Below are positions 26,637 to 35,128 of a stretch of 41,657 bases of DNA, piece by piece. The position numbers and the translations under genes were made by a program. Numbering within the stretch: position 1 is the stretch's first letter; the number at the start of each line of letters is the position of its first letter. Below the pieces are notes generated by a model. That model was not told where the DNA came from, made no database searches, and saw only the letters and a list, made by a program, of their open reading frames with translations. The DNA comes from a virus (Duplodnaviria > Caudoviricetes): positions 1-41,657 of the IMG/VR virus record IMGVR_UViG_3300033148_006568. One strand, written 5' to 3'.

Positions 26637-26888
26637 ATGAACAAAAGAAGATTTTGTATAATCTGTAAACAGGAAATATTGAAAAAGAAAGAAAGGTGGG
26701 TCAGGCTTACTGATTTTGATTGTGGAAAAGAAGGTGGAGAAGTTTACTATCACCTGGAATGTTGGAGAGAAAGATTCCAGATAACTAATTCTGACAGAAA
26801 AAAACAAATGTATGCACAGACAATGAAAGTATTAAAAAATGTGAAAGATAAATTTGATAATAGTGGAACACCAATGTTGGCACGATAA
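26637..26888 (+). CDS. Zn-finger protein
   Basis: CIICK...YHLECW. Confidence 0.7.
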   Translation: MNKRRFCIICKQEILKKKERWVRLTDFDCGKEGGEVYYHLECWRERFQITNSDRKKQMYAQTMKVLKNVKDKFDNSGTPMLAR

Positions 26889-26980
26889 AAAATCTCAAAG
26901 GGAAATAGTTGTAACAATCTGCATTGTGCGAACCTTTCATAAAAGGTAATGTATATAATATATTAAATATTTAAATTGAT

Positions 26981-27547
26981 ATGACGAAATTAACTTTGAA
27001 AGAAAAAGAAAAATATTTTAAAAATCAAAACAAAGTTGGCAAAGTTATTATTTCTCATGTAAAGAAAAAAGGTTTAATTCTTTTCGGACAAAAAGCAGTG
27101 AACAGACAACTGCCAAAAGATTTAAGAAAAGATACAGAAGATTATGATGTTTTTTCAGATACACCAAAAGTATCAGCAAAAAGAATTGAAAGAAAATTGG
27201 ACAGAAAATTAAAAGGAAATTATTTTTATGTGAAACCTGCAATACATGGTGGAACTCATAAAGTAATGTCCCAGATAGGTGATAAAGGAATTGTTGATGT
27301 TGGTAAACCAGAAAAAGAAGTTCCAACAATTAAGAAAAAAGGAATTAGATTAGCAACACTAAATTTTCAAAAAGCACAAATAAAAAAATCATTGAAAGAT
27401 AAAAAATCTTTCTGGAGACATGCAAAAGATAGGGAAGTCAGAACACGAATTAAAATAGCTGAACAAAGAAAAAAAATGAAACCAGTAAAAAGAAAACAAA
27501 AATATCATGTTAAAGATTTTAATTTAAAAACAAAAGTGAATTTCTAA
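26981..27547 (+). CDS. Nucleotidyltransferase resembling the viral poly(A) polymerase catalytic domain
   Basis: LILFGQKAVN..LP..DYDVFS..P..A....AIHGGTHKV pattern. Confidence 0.65.
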   Translation: MTKLTLKEKEKYFKNQNKVGKVIISHVKKKGLILFGQKAVNRQLPKDLRKDTEDYDVFSDTPKVSAKRIERKLDRKLKGNYFYVKPAIHGGTHKVMSQIGDKGIVDVGKPEKEVPTIKKKGIRLATLNFQKAQIKKSLKDKKSFWRHAKDREVRTRIKIAEQRKKMKPVKRKQKYHVKDFNLKTKVNF

Positions 27548-27588
27548 AACGAGGTAATGTATATAATATAAGAAACTTTAATTAATTA

Positions 27589-27795
27589 ATGGGTAGGAAT
27601 ATAAAAACTATTGCTGTTGATGAAAACTTCTTTAAAAATATTTTTGAAAAGCAAAGAAAACAATTACAAAAAAAATTAGGGGTTCTTAATCTTTCACAAC
27701 CTAACTTTACCAAAATGATTTTAGGCTTGGAAATGATACCCCAAAAAAAGAAAATTTCTGGATTTAAAATTAAACCAAAGAGGAAAAGAAAATGA
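27589..27795 (+). CDS. Small basic, possibly DNA-binding protein
   Basis: ORF track; promoter motif 34 nt upstream. Confidence 0.6.
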   Translation: MGRNIKTIAVDENFFKNIFEKQRKQLQKKLGVLNLSQPNFTKMILGLEMIPQKKKISGFKIKPKRKRK

Positions 27796-28304
27796 ATAAA
27801 AAAGGCGACCTACCAGATATGTTAATTTTTTTAGTTACAGTTTTTGTATTTGCAATTGGTTTATTAATTATGGCTTTTGTAATTCCTTCAATAGCAGATG
27901 GATTAAGTGGTGCTGGTTTAAATGAATCTTCTCAGGGATATGATTCAATTAATGAAATGGCTGAGTTAGGTGCTAATGGACTACAAAAAGGTTTTTTCTT
28001 TTTATTTATTGGATTAATTATGAGTACAATGATAACCTCGTTTTTAACAAGAGCACACCCAATATTTTTATTTATGTATATTTTCTTTTTAGGAGTAACT
28101 ATTCTGCTTGGAAGTTATCTTGGAAATGCCTTTGAACAATTTGCAACAAGTCCTGTTTTGGTTGATACTCTTGGTTCACAAGGTTATATTTCAATAGTCA
28201 TGCAAAATATTGTAATGATAACTTTAGTTACTGGAGCATTATCAATGATTATTGTCTTTGCTAAATTTTCAAGTTTTGGGGGAACAAGACAGGGAGGATT
28301 GTAA
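27792..28304 (+). CDS. Multi-TM virion membrane protein with a class III-like signal peptide
   Basis: MNKKG followed by a hydrophobic helix; four hydrophobic segments. Confidence 0.75.
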   Translation: MNKKGDLPDMLIFLVTVFVFAIGLLIMAFVIPSIADGLSGAGLNESSQGYDSINEMAELGANGLQKGFFFLFIGLIMSTMITSFLTRAHPIFLFMYIFFLGVTILLGSYLGNAFEQFATSPVLVDTLGSQGYISIVMQNIVMITLVTGALSMIIVFAKFSSFGGTRQGGL

Positions 28305-28305
28305 A

Positions 28306-31300
28306 ATGAAACAAAATAGTAAAAATCACCGACGAGGAAAATCAAATTTCCGTTTTAAGCGATTTTGGGGAGTTTTTTTAGTGTTAGCTATACTTTGTAT
28401 AGGGTCAGTTTCAAGTTTTGAATTCGATAATGTGAAGGAGTATAACCCAGAACTAAAAGAAATTACAATCACAAATGCTCTTGGATTAGGTGATGACATA
28501 GCAACAATAAAATTAGATACTCCTTTGGTTTATAATGTAATAAGGGGAGAAGATAGATTAGTTGCAGAATTTACAATTAATAATTTCAATGATTATTCTA
28601 ATGTATTTAATGCTATGGAGTTTTATGATGTCAGAAAAGATATGAAAAAGTTTGACAGAGAATTTAATTATAAATATAAAACTTTTTATGATGTGGGGGT
28701 TATAGATTATGAAACAATTTGTAAAGAGAGAGAAACTTGGAATAAAATTAATAAAACTTTTGAAACAGAGAAATATGATTGTATTCAAAATCAAATAGGT
28801 TTACATATTGAAGAAAGATTTGAATGGAATGATTTTAATGAAAAAACAAGATTATTAAAAGGAGAAATAATTATTGGAATATTTACAGATGTTTCTGCCA
28901 ATGAAAAAGTTGAATGGATACCCACCTTGTTTGGGGTTAAAATAAATGAATGGGCTTTTTGGACTGAAAGTTTAAATGTTGATTTAAAATCTTATTGGGA
29001 TTTTAGTGAAACTTCTGGAACAAATTTACCAGATGTTGTGGGAGGAATTTATAATGGAACAGCAATAAATATGGAAGATGCAGATTGGGTTGCAGGAAAA
29101 ATAGGAAATGCTCTTGATTTTGATGGGATTGCTGAATATATAAATTTTAGTGATGTACTTGATATAGGTTCTGGAGAAAGTCAAACAATAAGTATGTGGA
29201 TAAATTCAACATCTATTGCAACAAGACAAGGTATACTAAATAAAGGAACAAGTGTTGGAAGCGATTATGCTTATAATCTTGAGATTTTAACTTCAAGTTT
29301 TGAAACAAATTTAATGCAAGAAGGAGCAGGAGGTATATATTTAACAACTCGTTATAATGGAACAACAGCACTTGGTTCAAATAATTGGTATCATGTTGTC
29401 AGTGTTTTTAATTCAACAGCAGATACTCTTTCATTATATGTAAATGGCAGTCATGTAATAACAGATTATATTTCTGCAGGAACAAGAAATGCAAATTCAG
29501 TGGCAGGTTTGCAACTTGGGAGAAGATGGAATGATGTAGCAGATTATTTTCATGGAATGATAGATGAAGTAGGAATTTGGAACAGAAGTTTAAGTCAAAC
29601 GGAAATTACCCAATTATATAACGAAGGCACAGGGGTAACTTATTCTGGAACATTTCCTCTTGAAATGAAAACTTCTTTAATTTCTCCAGATAATTTACAA
29701 AAATTTGTTGAAGCATCAAATGTTAACTTTAATGGTTCTGTAACCCCAAATTTAGGGAATATAACAAATGCAACATTATATATCTGGGATATAGATGGTT
29801 CTACAATATTAAATCAAACTACAAATTTACTTACAGGGGATGTAATTAATTCAACAACTTGGAATGTTTCAGTTTCACAAATAGGAAATCATAATTGGAA
29901 TATTGAAGGATGTGGAAGTAATATAACAGATTATGTTTGTACTTTTGCATTAACTAATAGAACATTTCAAATACAATCTTTTAGTGAAGTAGATAATATT
30001 TTTACAAATTATGTTTATGAAACTTCAAATGAAACTTTTGGGATTAATATAACAACAATTTCAACAAAACTTTCAATTAATTCAAACTTAAATTATGATG
30101 GAATTACTTATCCTTCTACAGTAACTTGTGTTAATGAATCTTGTAATATTATAAATACAATAGATATTCCTCTTATCCAAAATATTACAGGGGAAAATAA
30201 AACATTTTATTGGGAAGTATTTATATTTGATGGTTCATCTTCCATTATTGCGAATAGTTCATTTTTTCAACAAAATGTTTCAGGAATACATTTAGAGCAA
30301 TGTAATGCAACATACCTTACAAAAACATTAAACTTTACAACATACGACGAACAAAATTTATCAAGATTATCACAATTTCAATTTGATGGAACTTTTGATT
30401 TTTGGATTGGTTCAGGAACAATTAAAAAAAATAATTCATTCAGCAAAAATATTTCAGAAATGAATTTATGTTTAAGCCCAAATGCAACTATGAAAATTGA
30501 TGCAATAATAGATTATGATGAAGTTGGAAACACAACAGATTATACAAATAGATTTTATTATTTTGATACATACCCAATAAATAATGTTACTCAACATATT
30601 AATATGTATTTACTTAAATCTGCTTCGGCAACTTCATTTATATTAAAAGTTCAGGATGAAAATTTATTGCCTGTTGCAGATGCATTAATAGAAATTCATA
30701 AATATTATCCTGGTGAGGGAATATATAGAATTGTGCAGATTGCAAAAACAGACGATAATGGAAAATCAGTTGGTTTTTTTCAAACAGAAACAATTGATTA
30801 TAAATTTATAATTAAGAAAAGTGGGGAAACATTATTAGAAACAGGAAAGCAAAAAGTAATTCCAGAAGTTTCACCATTTACTTTAACATTTAATACTGGG
30901 ACTGATTTAGGTGAACCCTGGAGTTCACAAAACAGCATATCTAATTTAGAATCTTCTTTGTCATGGGATGCAGATACAGGATTTGTAACTTATAGTTATA
31001 TTGACAGTTCTGATACATTTACACAGGCAAGATTATTTGTTCAAGAACAATCATTAGCAAATTCCACTGCTTACAGTTTAACTTGCAATGATACTTCAAG
31101 TTTATCTTCTTCAACAATGATCTGTAATGTTGGAAATGAAAGTGGTTTTTATGTTGCAAGTGCTTATATAACAAGAACAGGTGAAGCATTGGATTTGCAG
31201 ATTACATTTCAAATAGAAACTTTTTCAAGTGTTGCAGGATTTTTAGGATTATTCTTTGGCTGGTTCTTAATACTTATTGCTTCTTTTTTATTTAAGTTCA

Positions 31301-31437
31301 ATGAAATTGCAGGAATATGGGCAACAACAGTAACAATCTTTTTAGTAAATCTTATTGGGTTAATTAAATTTGGAGCTGTATTTGTTACTGCAATTCTTGG
31401 AATTGCAATAATCCTGACATGGGTGATGGAAAAATAA
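28306..31437 (+). CDS. Large membrane-anchored LamG-domain glycoprotein (adhesin/tail-like)
   Basis: Signal peptide; LamG motifs (GKIGNALDFDG, WYHVV, FHGMIDEVGIWNRSLS); many sequons; three C-terminal TM helices; ATG at 28306. Confidence 0.85.
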   Translation: MKQNSKNHRRGKSNFRFKRFWGVFLVLAILCIGSVSSFEFDNVKEYNPELKEITITNALGLGDDIATIKLDTPLVYNVIRGEDRLVAEFTINNFNDYSNVFNAMEFYDVRKDMKKFDREFNYKYKTFYDVGVIDYETICKERETWNKINKTFETEKYDCIQNQIGLHIEERFEWNDFNEKTRLLKGEIIIGIFTDVSANEKVEWIPTLFGVKINEWAFWTESLNVDLKSYWDFSETSGTNLPDVVGGIYNGTAINMEDADWVAGKIGNALDFDGIAEYINFSDVLDIGSGESQTISMWINSTSIATRQGILNKGTSVGSDYAYNLEILTSSFETNLMQEGAGGIYLTTRYNGTTALGSNNWYHVVSVFNSTADTLSLYVNGSHVITDYISAGTRNANSVAGLQLGRRWNDVADYFHGMIDEVGIWNRSLSQTEITQLYNEGTGVTYSGTFPLEMKTSLISPDNLQKFVEASNVNFNGSVTPNLGNITNATLYIWDIDGSTILNQTTNLLTGDVINSTTWNVSVSQIGNHNWNIEGCGSNITDYVCTFALTNRTFQIQSFSEVDNIFTNYVYETSNETFGINITTISTKLSINSNLNYDGITYPSTVTCVNESCNIINTIDIPLIQNITGENKTFYWEVFIFDGSSSIIANSSFFQQNVSGIHLEQCNATYLTKTLNFTTYDEQNLSRLSQFQFDGTFDFWIGSGTIKKNNSFSKNISEMNLCLSPNATMKIDAIIDYDEVGNTTDYTNRFYYFDTYPINNVTQHINMYLLKSASATSFILKVQDENLLPVADALIEIHKYYPGEGIYRIVQIAKTDDNGKSVGFFQTETIDYKFIIKKSGETLLETGKQKVIPEVSPFTLTFNTGTDLGEPWSSQNSISNLESSLSWDADTGFVTYSYIDSSDTFTQARLFVQEQSLANSTAYSLTCNDTSSLSSSTMICNVGNESGFYVASAYITRTGEALDLQITFQIETFSSVAGFLGLFFGWFLILIASFLFKFNEIAGIWATTVTIFLVNLIGLIKFGAVFVTAILGIAIILTWVMEK

Positions 31438-31438
31438 A

Positions 31439-31897
31439 ATGAAAAGTTTAAATTTAAAAAATAAAAAATCTTTTTTAACACGAGATTTTGTAATAGCAGG
31501 AATACTTTTTAGTGGTATAATTGCTTTGTGGGTTTTAGCTATTGCAGGGATACAGGATGAATATGATAGCACATTATTAACTGACGAAGATTTCGCAAGT
31601 AAATATGATAAGTTAACTGAACAAACAAAAAAAATTGAAACAGCGAGGTCGTCTGCTGCAACAGGTGAAGGGTTAAGTTTTTTAGGAAGTTTTGATGTGG
31701 CATTTCAAAGTACATTTACAGTTATTCAAATGGTATTTTCAACACTCGGTTTATTTGGAGATATGACAGGAAGTTTTGCAGAAGATTTTGGGTTTGACCC
31801 AACAGTTTCAAAAATTGTATTTTTAATAGGTCTTTCAATTTTAACTACAATTTTAATTTTCGTTTGGATATCCAGCATAAGTCGGGGGAAAATATGA
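31439..31897 (+). CDS. Virion membrane protein
   Basis: KNKKS then a hydrophobic helix; C-terminal TM helix. Confidence 0.75.
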   Translation: MKSLNLKNKKSFLTRDFVIAGILFSGIIALWVLAIAGIQDEYDSTLLTDEDFASKYDKLTEQTKKIETARSSAATGEGLSFLGSFDVAFQSTFTVIQMVFSTLGLFGDMTGSFAEDFGFDPTVSKIVFLIGLSILTTILIFVWISSISRGKI

Positions 31898-31917
31898 CAC
31901 TATAAAGTAGTAACAAA

Positions 31918-32043
31918 ATGACAAAAATAAATAGAAAACCAAGTTATGGAATGTTAGGAAAAAATCATTCAATAGAAACAAGAAAAAAAATGACTTTAAA
32001 TGATTTTCAAAATAAATTAATGGAGAAAAAAAATGGGATTTAA
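31918..32043 (+). pseudogene. NUMOD3-containing fragment, probable homing endonuclease remnant
   Basis: Read by hand: MTKINRKPSYGMLGKNHSIETRKKMTL... Confidence 0.5.
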
Positions 32044-32359
32044 TGCAACTTATTTTCCCACACCAACACCAGAGCAGTCACGAGACCTACTTAGTATTTT
32101 CCAATTCGTATCAAATGATTTGACAAATGGATTATTTTTTCCTATAATGGTTTTAGTGATTTGGGTTGTTCAATTTATTGGAGTTCTTGCAGAAAACAGA
32201 CCAGCTTCAAGAGCATGGGTTTATGCTTCATTCACTGCAACAATCCTTTCAATAATACTTGGTCTTTTAGCATTGATTGAACAAAAATGGATTTACTTAT
32301 TAATAATTGCTGTATCCCTTGGAGCTTTTTGGATTAAATTAGCAACAGCAAAAGAATAA
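32033..32359 (+). CDS. Three-TM membrane protein
   Basis: ORF track. Confidence 0.75.
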   Translation: MGFNATYFPTPTPEQSRDLLSIFQFVSNDLTNGLFFPIMVLVIWVVQFIGVLAENRPASRAWVYASFTATILSIILGLLALIEQKWIYLLIIAVSLGAFWIKLATAKE

Positions 32360-32360
32360 A

Positions 32361-32528
32361 ATGGAAGAACAAAAAAAAAATAGTTTTGTAATAAGAGTTG
32401 GAGAAAAAATGAGAAAGATATTAAACCAGCAAAAAAAACAAATTGAAGAAGCAACATATTTTGTAGTGGAAGCAAGTGATTATGAAGCTGGAGAAATCAT
32501 TGCCAAAAAGATTTTAAAAGAAATTTAA
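32361..32528 (+). CDS. Small RHH-like protein (55 aa)
   Basis: Read by hand: MEEQKKNSFVIRVGEKMRKILNQQKKQIEE... Confidence 0.5.
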   Translation: MEEQKKNSFVIRVGEKMRKILNQQKKQIEEATYFVVEASDYEAGEIIAKKILKEI

Positions 32529-32674
32529 GAAATGTAACTCTTTGAAACAGAATGTTACAATACATTACAATTCGTTACATTTAAAATACTAATGTATGTA
32601 TATTTGTTTTTAGAAATTATATTTATGATTTTTATAAATTATTTTCTTAACAACATTGAAAGGAGGTTTGAACA

Positions 32675-32968
32675 ATGAGGTCTATCTTAGAAGTGAAAGA
32701 TAAAAAAGGTATTCAACTTAACCAGGCTTTCGGAGCAGTATTAACATTGGTTTTAGTATCAGTGTTAGTAGTTATAGCGATTTTCTTATTCGTTACTCTA
32801 AGCGATAGTTTTGATGCTAATAGTGCTGAAGCAAATGCTTCAGATGACATGGTTGACGAATTTAGCAATTATACATCGCTAATTGGTTTAGTTGGGACAA
32901 TAATTTTCTTGGGTCTTGTAATAGGTGTTCTTGTAGCATCTTTTGCATTTGGCGGTAAGAGAGTTTGA
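32675..32968 (+). CDS. Putative major capsid protein (two hydrophobic helices, class III-like leader)
   Basis: Strong SD GGAGGT; KKG|IQLNQAFG, helix-short acidic linker-helix, basic tail; the layout of spindle-virus capsid proteins. Confidence 0.65.
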   Translation: MRSILEVKDKKGIQLNQAFGAVLTLVLVSVLVVIAIFLFVTLSDSFDANSAEANASDDMVDEFSNYTSLIGLVGTIIFLGLVIGVLVASFAFGGKRV

Positions 32969-33081
32969 GTTCACTAATCTTTCTGGAAGGGTTGCCCCTC
33001 CTTTCTAACTCAAAGGGGCATTGAATTTTTAATTTTTTTAAATTATAATCAAAATTACATCATTGTAAGGAGGTCAAAATC

Positions 33082-33597
33082 ATGCAAAAGAAAAAAGGAA
33101 TGGCACTTAACCAAGCGTTCGGGGCAGTATTAACATTAGTGTTAGTCTCAGTGTTAGTAATTGTAGCAATAGTTATTTATGTTAATTTAGCTACAAGTTT
33201 TGAAGGTACAAGTTCTGAAACAATCACAGGAGAATCATTAACACCAACAGATGCAGGAGTGTCTGTAGCAACAGCAACTAAATGTGGGTTTGAAAGTTTT
33301 GTTCTTACAACAGTAAATAATGGAACAGCAGGAGGTATTTCAATTAATTCAGCAAATTATTCAACAACATCTGCAGGAGTTGTAACAAATCTAACAAATG
33401 AATATACAGATTCTGCATGGGTATTAAATTATACTTATGTATGGGGTTCAGATGCTTGTACAGCTGCGGAAGAAATGACAGATGAATTTGGGAACTATAC
33501 TTCATTAATTGGACTTGTAGGAACAATAATTTTCTTAGGATTAGTTATTGGAATTTTAGTAGCTGCGTTTGCTTTTGGAGGAAGAAGAGAAGTTTAA
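33082..33597 (+). CDS. Capsid protein paralogue with an inserted glycosylated domain
   Basis: Terminal helices nearly identical to 32675; about 80-aa Thr/Ser-rich insert with sequons. Confidence 0.65.
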   Translation: MQKKKGMALNQAFGAVLTLVLVSVLVIVAIVIYVNLATSFEGTSSETITGESLTPTDAGVSVATATKCGFESFVLTTVNNGTAGGISINSANYSTTSAGVVTNLTNEYTDSAWVLNYTYVWGSDACTAAEEMTDEFGNYTSLIGLVGTIIFLGLVIGILVAAFAFGGRREV

Positions 33598-33632
33598 ACT
33601 TTCTTTTTTCTTTTTTATTTTTTTTTATTTTC
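33598..33632 (+). terminator. Archaeal-type T-rich terminator
   Basis: Long oligo-T tract directly after the stop. Confidence 0.55.
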
Positions 33633-33704
33633 ATAAGTCAGGAGAGAACTTAATTGAAACTCTTGACTATAAATTTATAAAGTTAGGAGGAGGTAAAAAA
33701 TAAA

Positions 33705-34103
33705 ATGCAATACAACACAAGAAAAAAATCAACTGCTTTAGCAAAAGCTTCAATGAAAAGAAAAAAAGGTTACAATGCTTCAGTATATAAAAAGAAAAAA
33801 GGATATGGAGTTTCTGTAACAAGGAAAAAATAATATGGCAAGAAGAATAAAAAGAAAAGTAGGAACTTGTGAAATAATTGAAACTGTAATGAATGGAAGA
33901 AGAACATTCAAATTCAAAAACCTCAAGAGAACTCCAAGTGCTCAAGAAATAATTAACTCAATTAAAAAAAGGAAAATAAAATATAAATAAAAATGACAAA
34001 AAAAACATATGGTTCAAAAGATGGAAGTAGAAGAGGAAACAAAAGTGGAGGTAGAAGAAGAAATAAAACTACTAAATGCAGACACCCTAAAAAAAGAAAA
34101 TGA
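33705..34103 (+). CDS. Three tiny, highly basic ORFs (33705-33833, 33835-33990, 33993-34103); possible genome-condensing proteins
   Basis: Read by hand; SD GGAGGAGGT before the first; all very K/R-rich. Confidence 0.55.
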
Positions 34104-34152
34104 AAAACAAAAACAATTTAAACTTAGAAATCATTAAAAGGAGGTATAGAAA

Positions 34153-34332
34153 ATGGTAAGAACATTTAGAGTAACAACAAAACTTGGAAACAAAAAATTT
34201 ACGAGAGTTTTTAAATCTGTAAAAACAGTAGACATTTATTTGAAGGGTGCTATGGATTTAAAAAAGAAATATCCTGGAGTAAAAAAGCCAGAATTTTTTG
34301 TGAATGGGACAAAAGTTACTAAAAAATATTAA
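34153..34332 (+). CDS. Small basic protein (59 aa) between repeated flanks
   Basis: SD GGAGGT; MVRTFRVTTKLGNKKFTRVF... Confidence 0.6.
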   Translation: MVRTFRVTTKLGNKKFTRVFKSVKTVDIYLKGAMDLKKKYPGVKKPEFFVNGTKVTKKY

Positions 34333-34444
34333 CCATTTTTAAAAATTATAAATGATTTTTAAGCAACGAGAAACTAATCTTAAAAAATAAAATGAAAAAC
34401 AAAAACAATTTAAAATTAGAAATCATTAAAAGGAGGTATAGAAA

Positions 34445-34645
34445 ATGGTAAAGAAATTTGAAATAGGACAAAAAAGAACAAATAAAATTGGAAAATATGT
34501 TTGTGATAGAGATAAAAATCGCTTTTTTGTCAAAGGGTATACGTTATCTCGTCAAAGAAAGATTAATGGAGTAACTCTTGTTTGTTCTCGGGGTAGAAAA
34601 GAGGTTTCCTTAAGAGATTTAAAATTTTTTAAGAAATGTAGATAA
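34445..34645 (+). CDS. Small basic protein between repeated flanks
   Basis: ORF track; same leader as 34153. Confidence 0.6.
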   Translation: MVKKFEIGQKRTNKIGKYVCDRDKNRFFVKGYTLSRQRKINGVTLVCSRGRKEVSLRDLKFFKKCR

Positions 34646-34707
34646 TAACCATTTTTAAAAATTATAAATGATTTTTAAGCAACGAGAAACTAATCTTAAA
34701 AAATAAA

Positions 34708-35082
34708 ATGTCAAAAACAATTACACAATTAAAAAGAGAAATAGCAGGACATAAAATGAAAATTGCTAAAGAAACAACATTTTCTAAATCACTTACAAAA
34801 AAACAACAACTTAACAGAGAACTTCTTGCATTAAAACATAGGAAACTTATTGAAGTAGGAATAAAAGCTAAAAGATTGTCTAAAAGATTTGGAAAAGCAA
34901 TTTTAAAAACTGGGAAAAAAGTAGCACCAATTGTTCAAAAACAAGTAAAATTAATCAGAGACCAGCAATTAAGAGACGACGCAATTGAAAATGCAAGAGC
35001 AAAAAGATATAAAAAAAAGAAACAAAAAAAATCAACAAAAAGAAAAAATGATTTAGGTATTTTTTCAAATCTGGATTTCTAA
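34708..35082 (+). CDS. Basic coiled-coil protein
   Basis: ORF track. Confidence 0.7.
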   Translation: MSKTITQLKREIAGHKMKIAKETTFSKSLTKKQQLNRELLALKHRKLIEVGIKAKRLSKRFGKAILKTGKKVAPIVQKQVKLIRDQQLRDDAIENARAKRYKKKKQKKSTKRKNDLGIFSNLDF

Positions 35083-35128
35083 AATGAATGGTAATGTATT
35101 TTAATGGGGGTTTCATTATTTATTAAAA

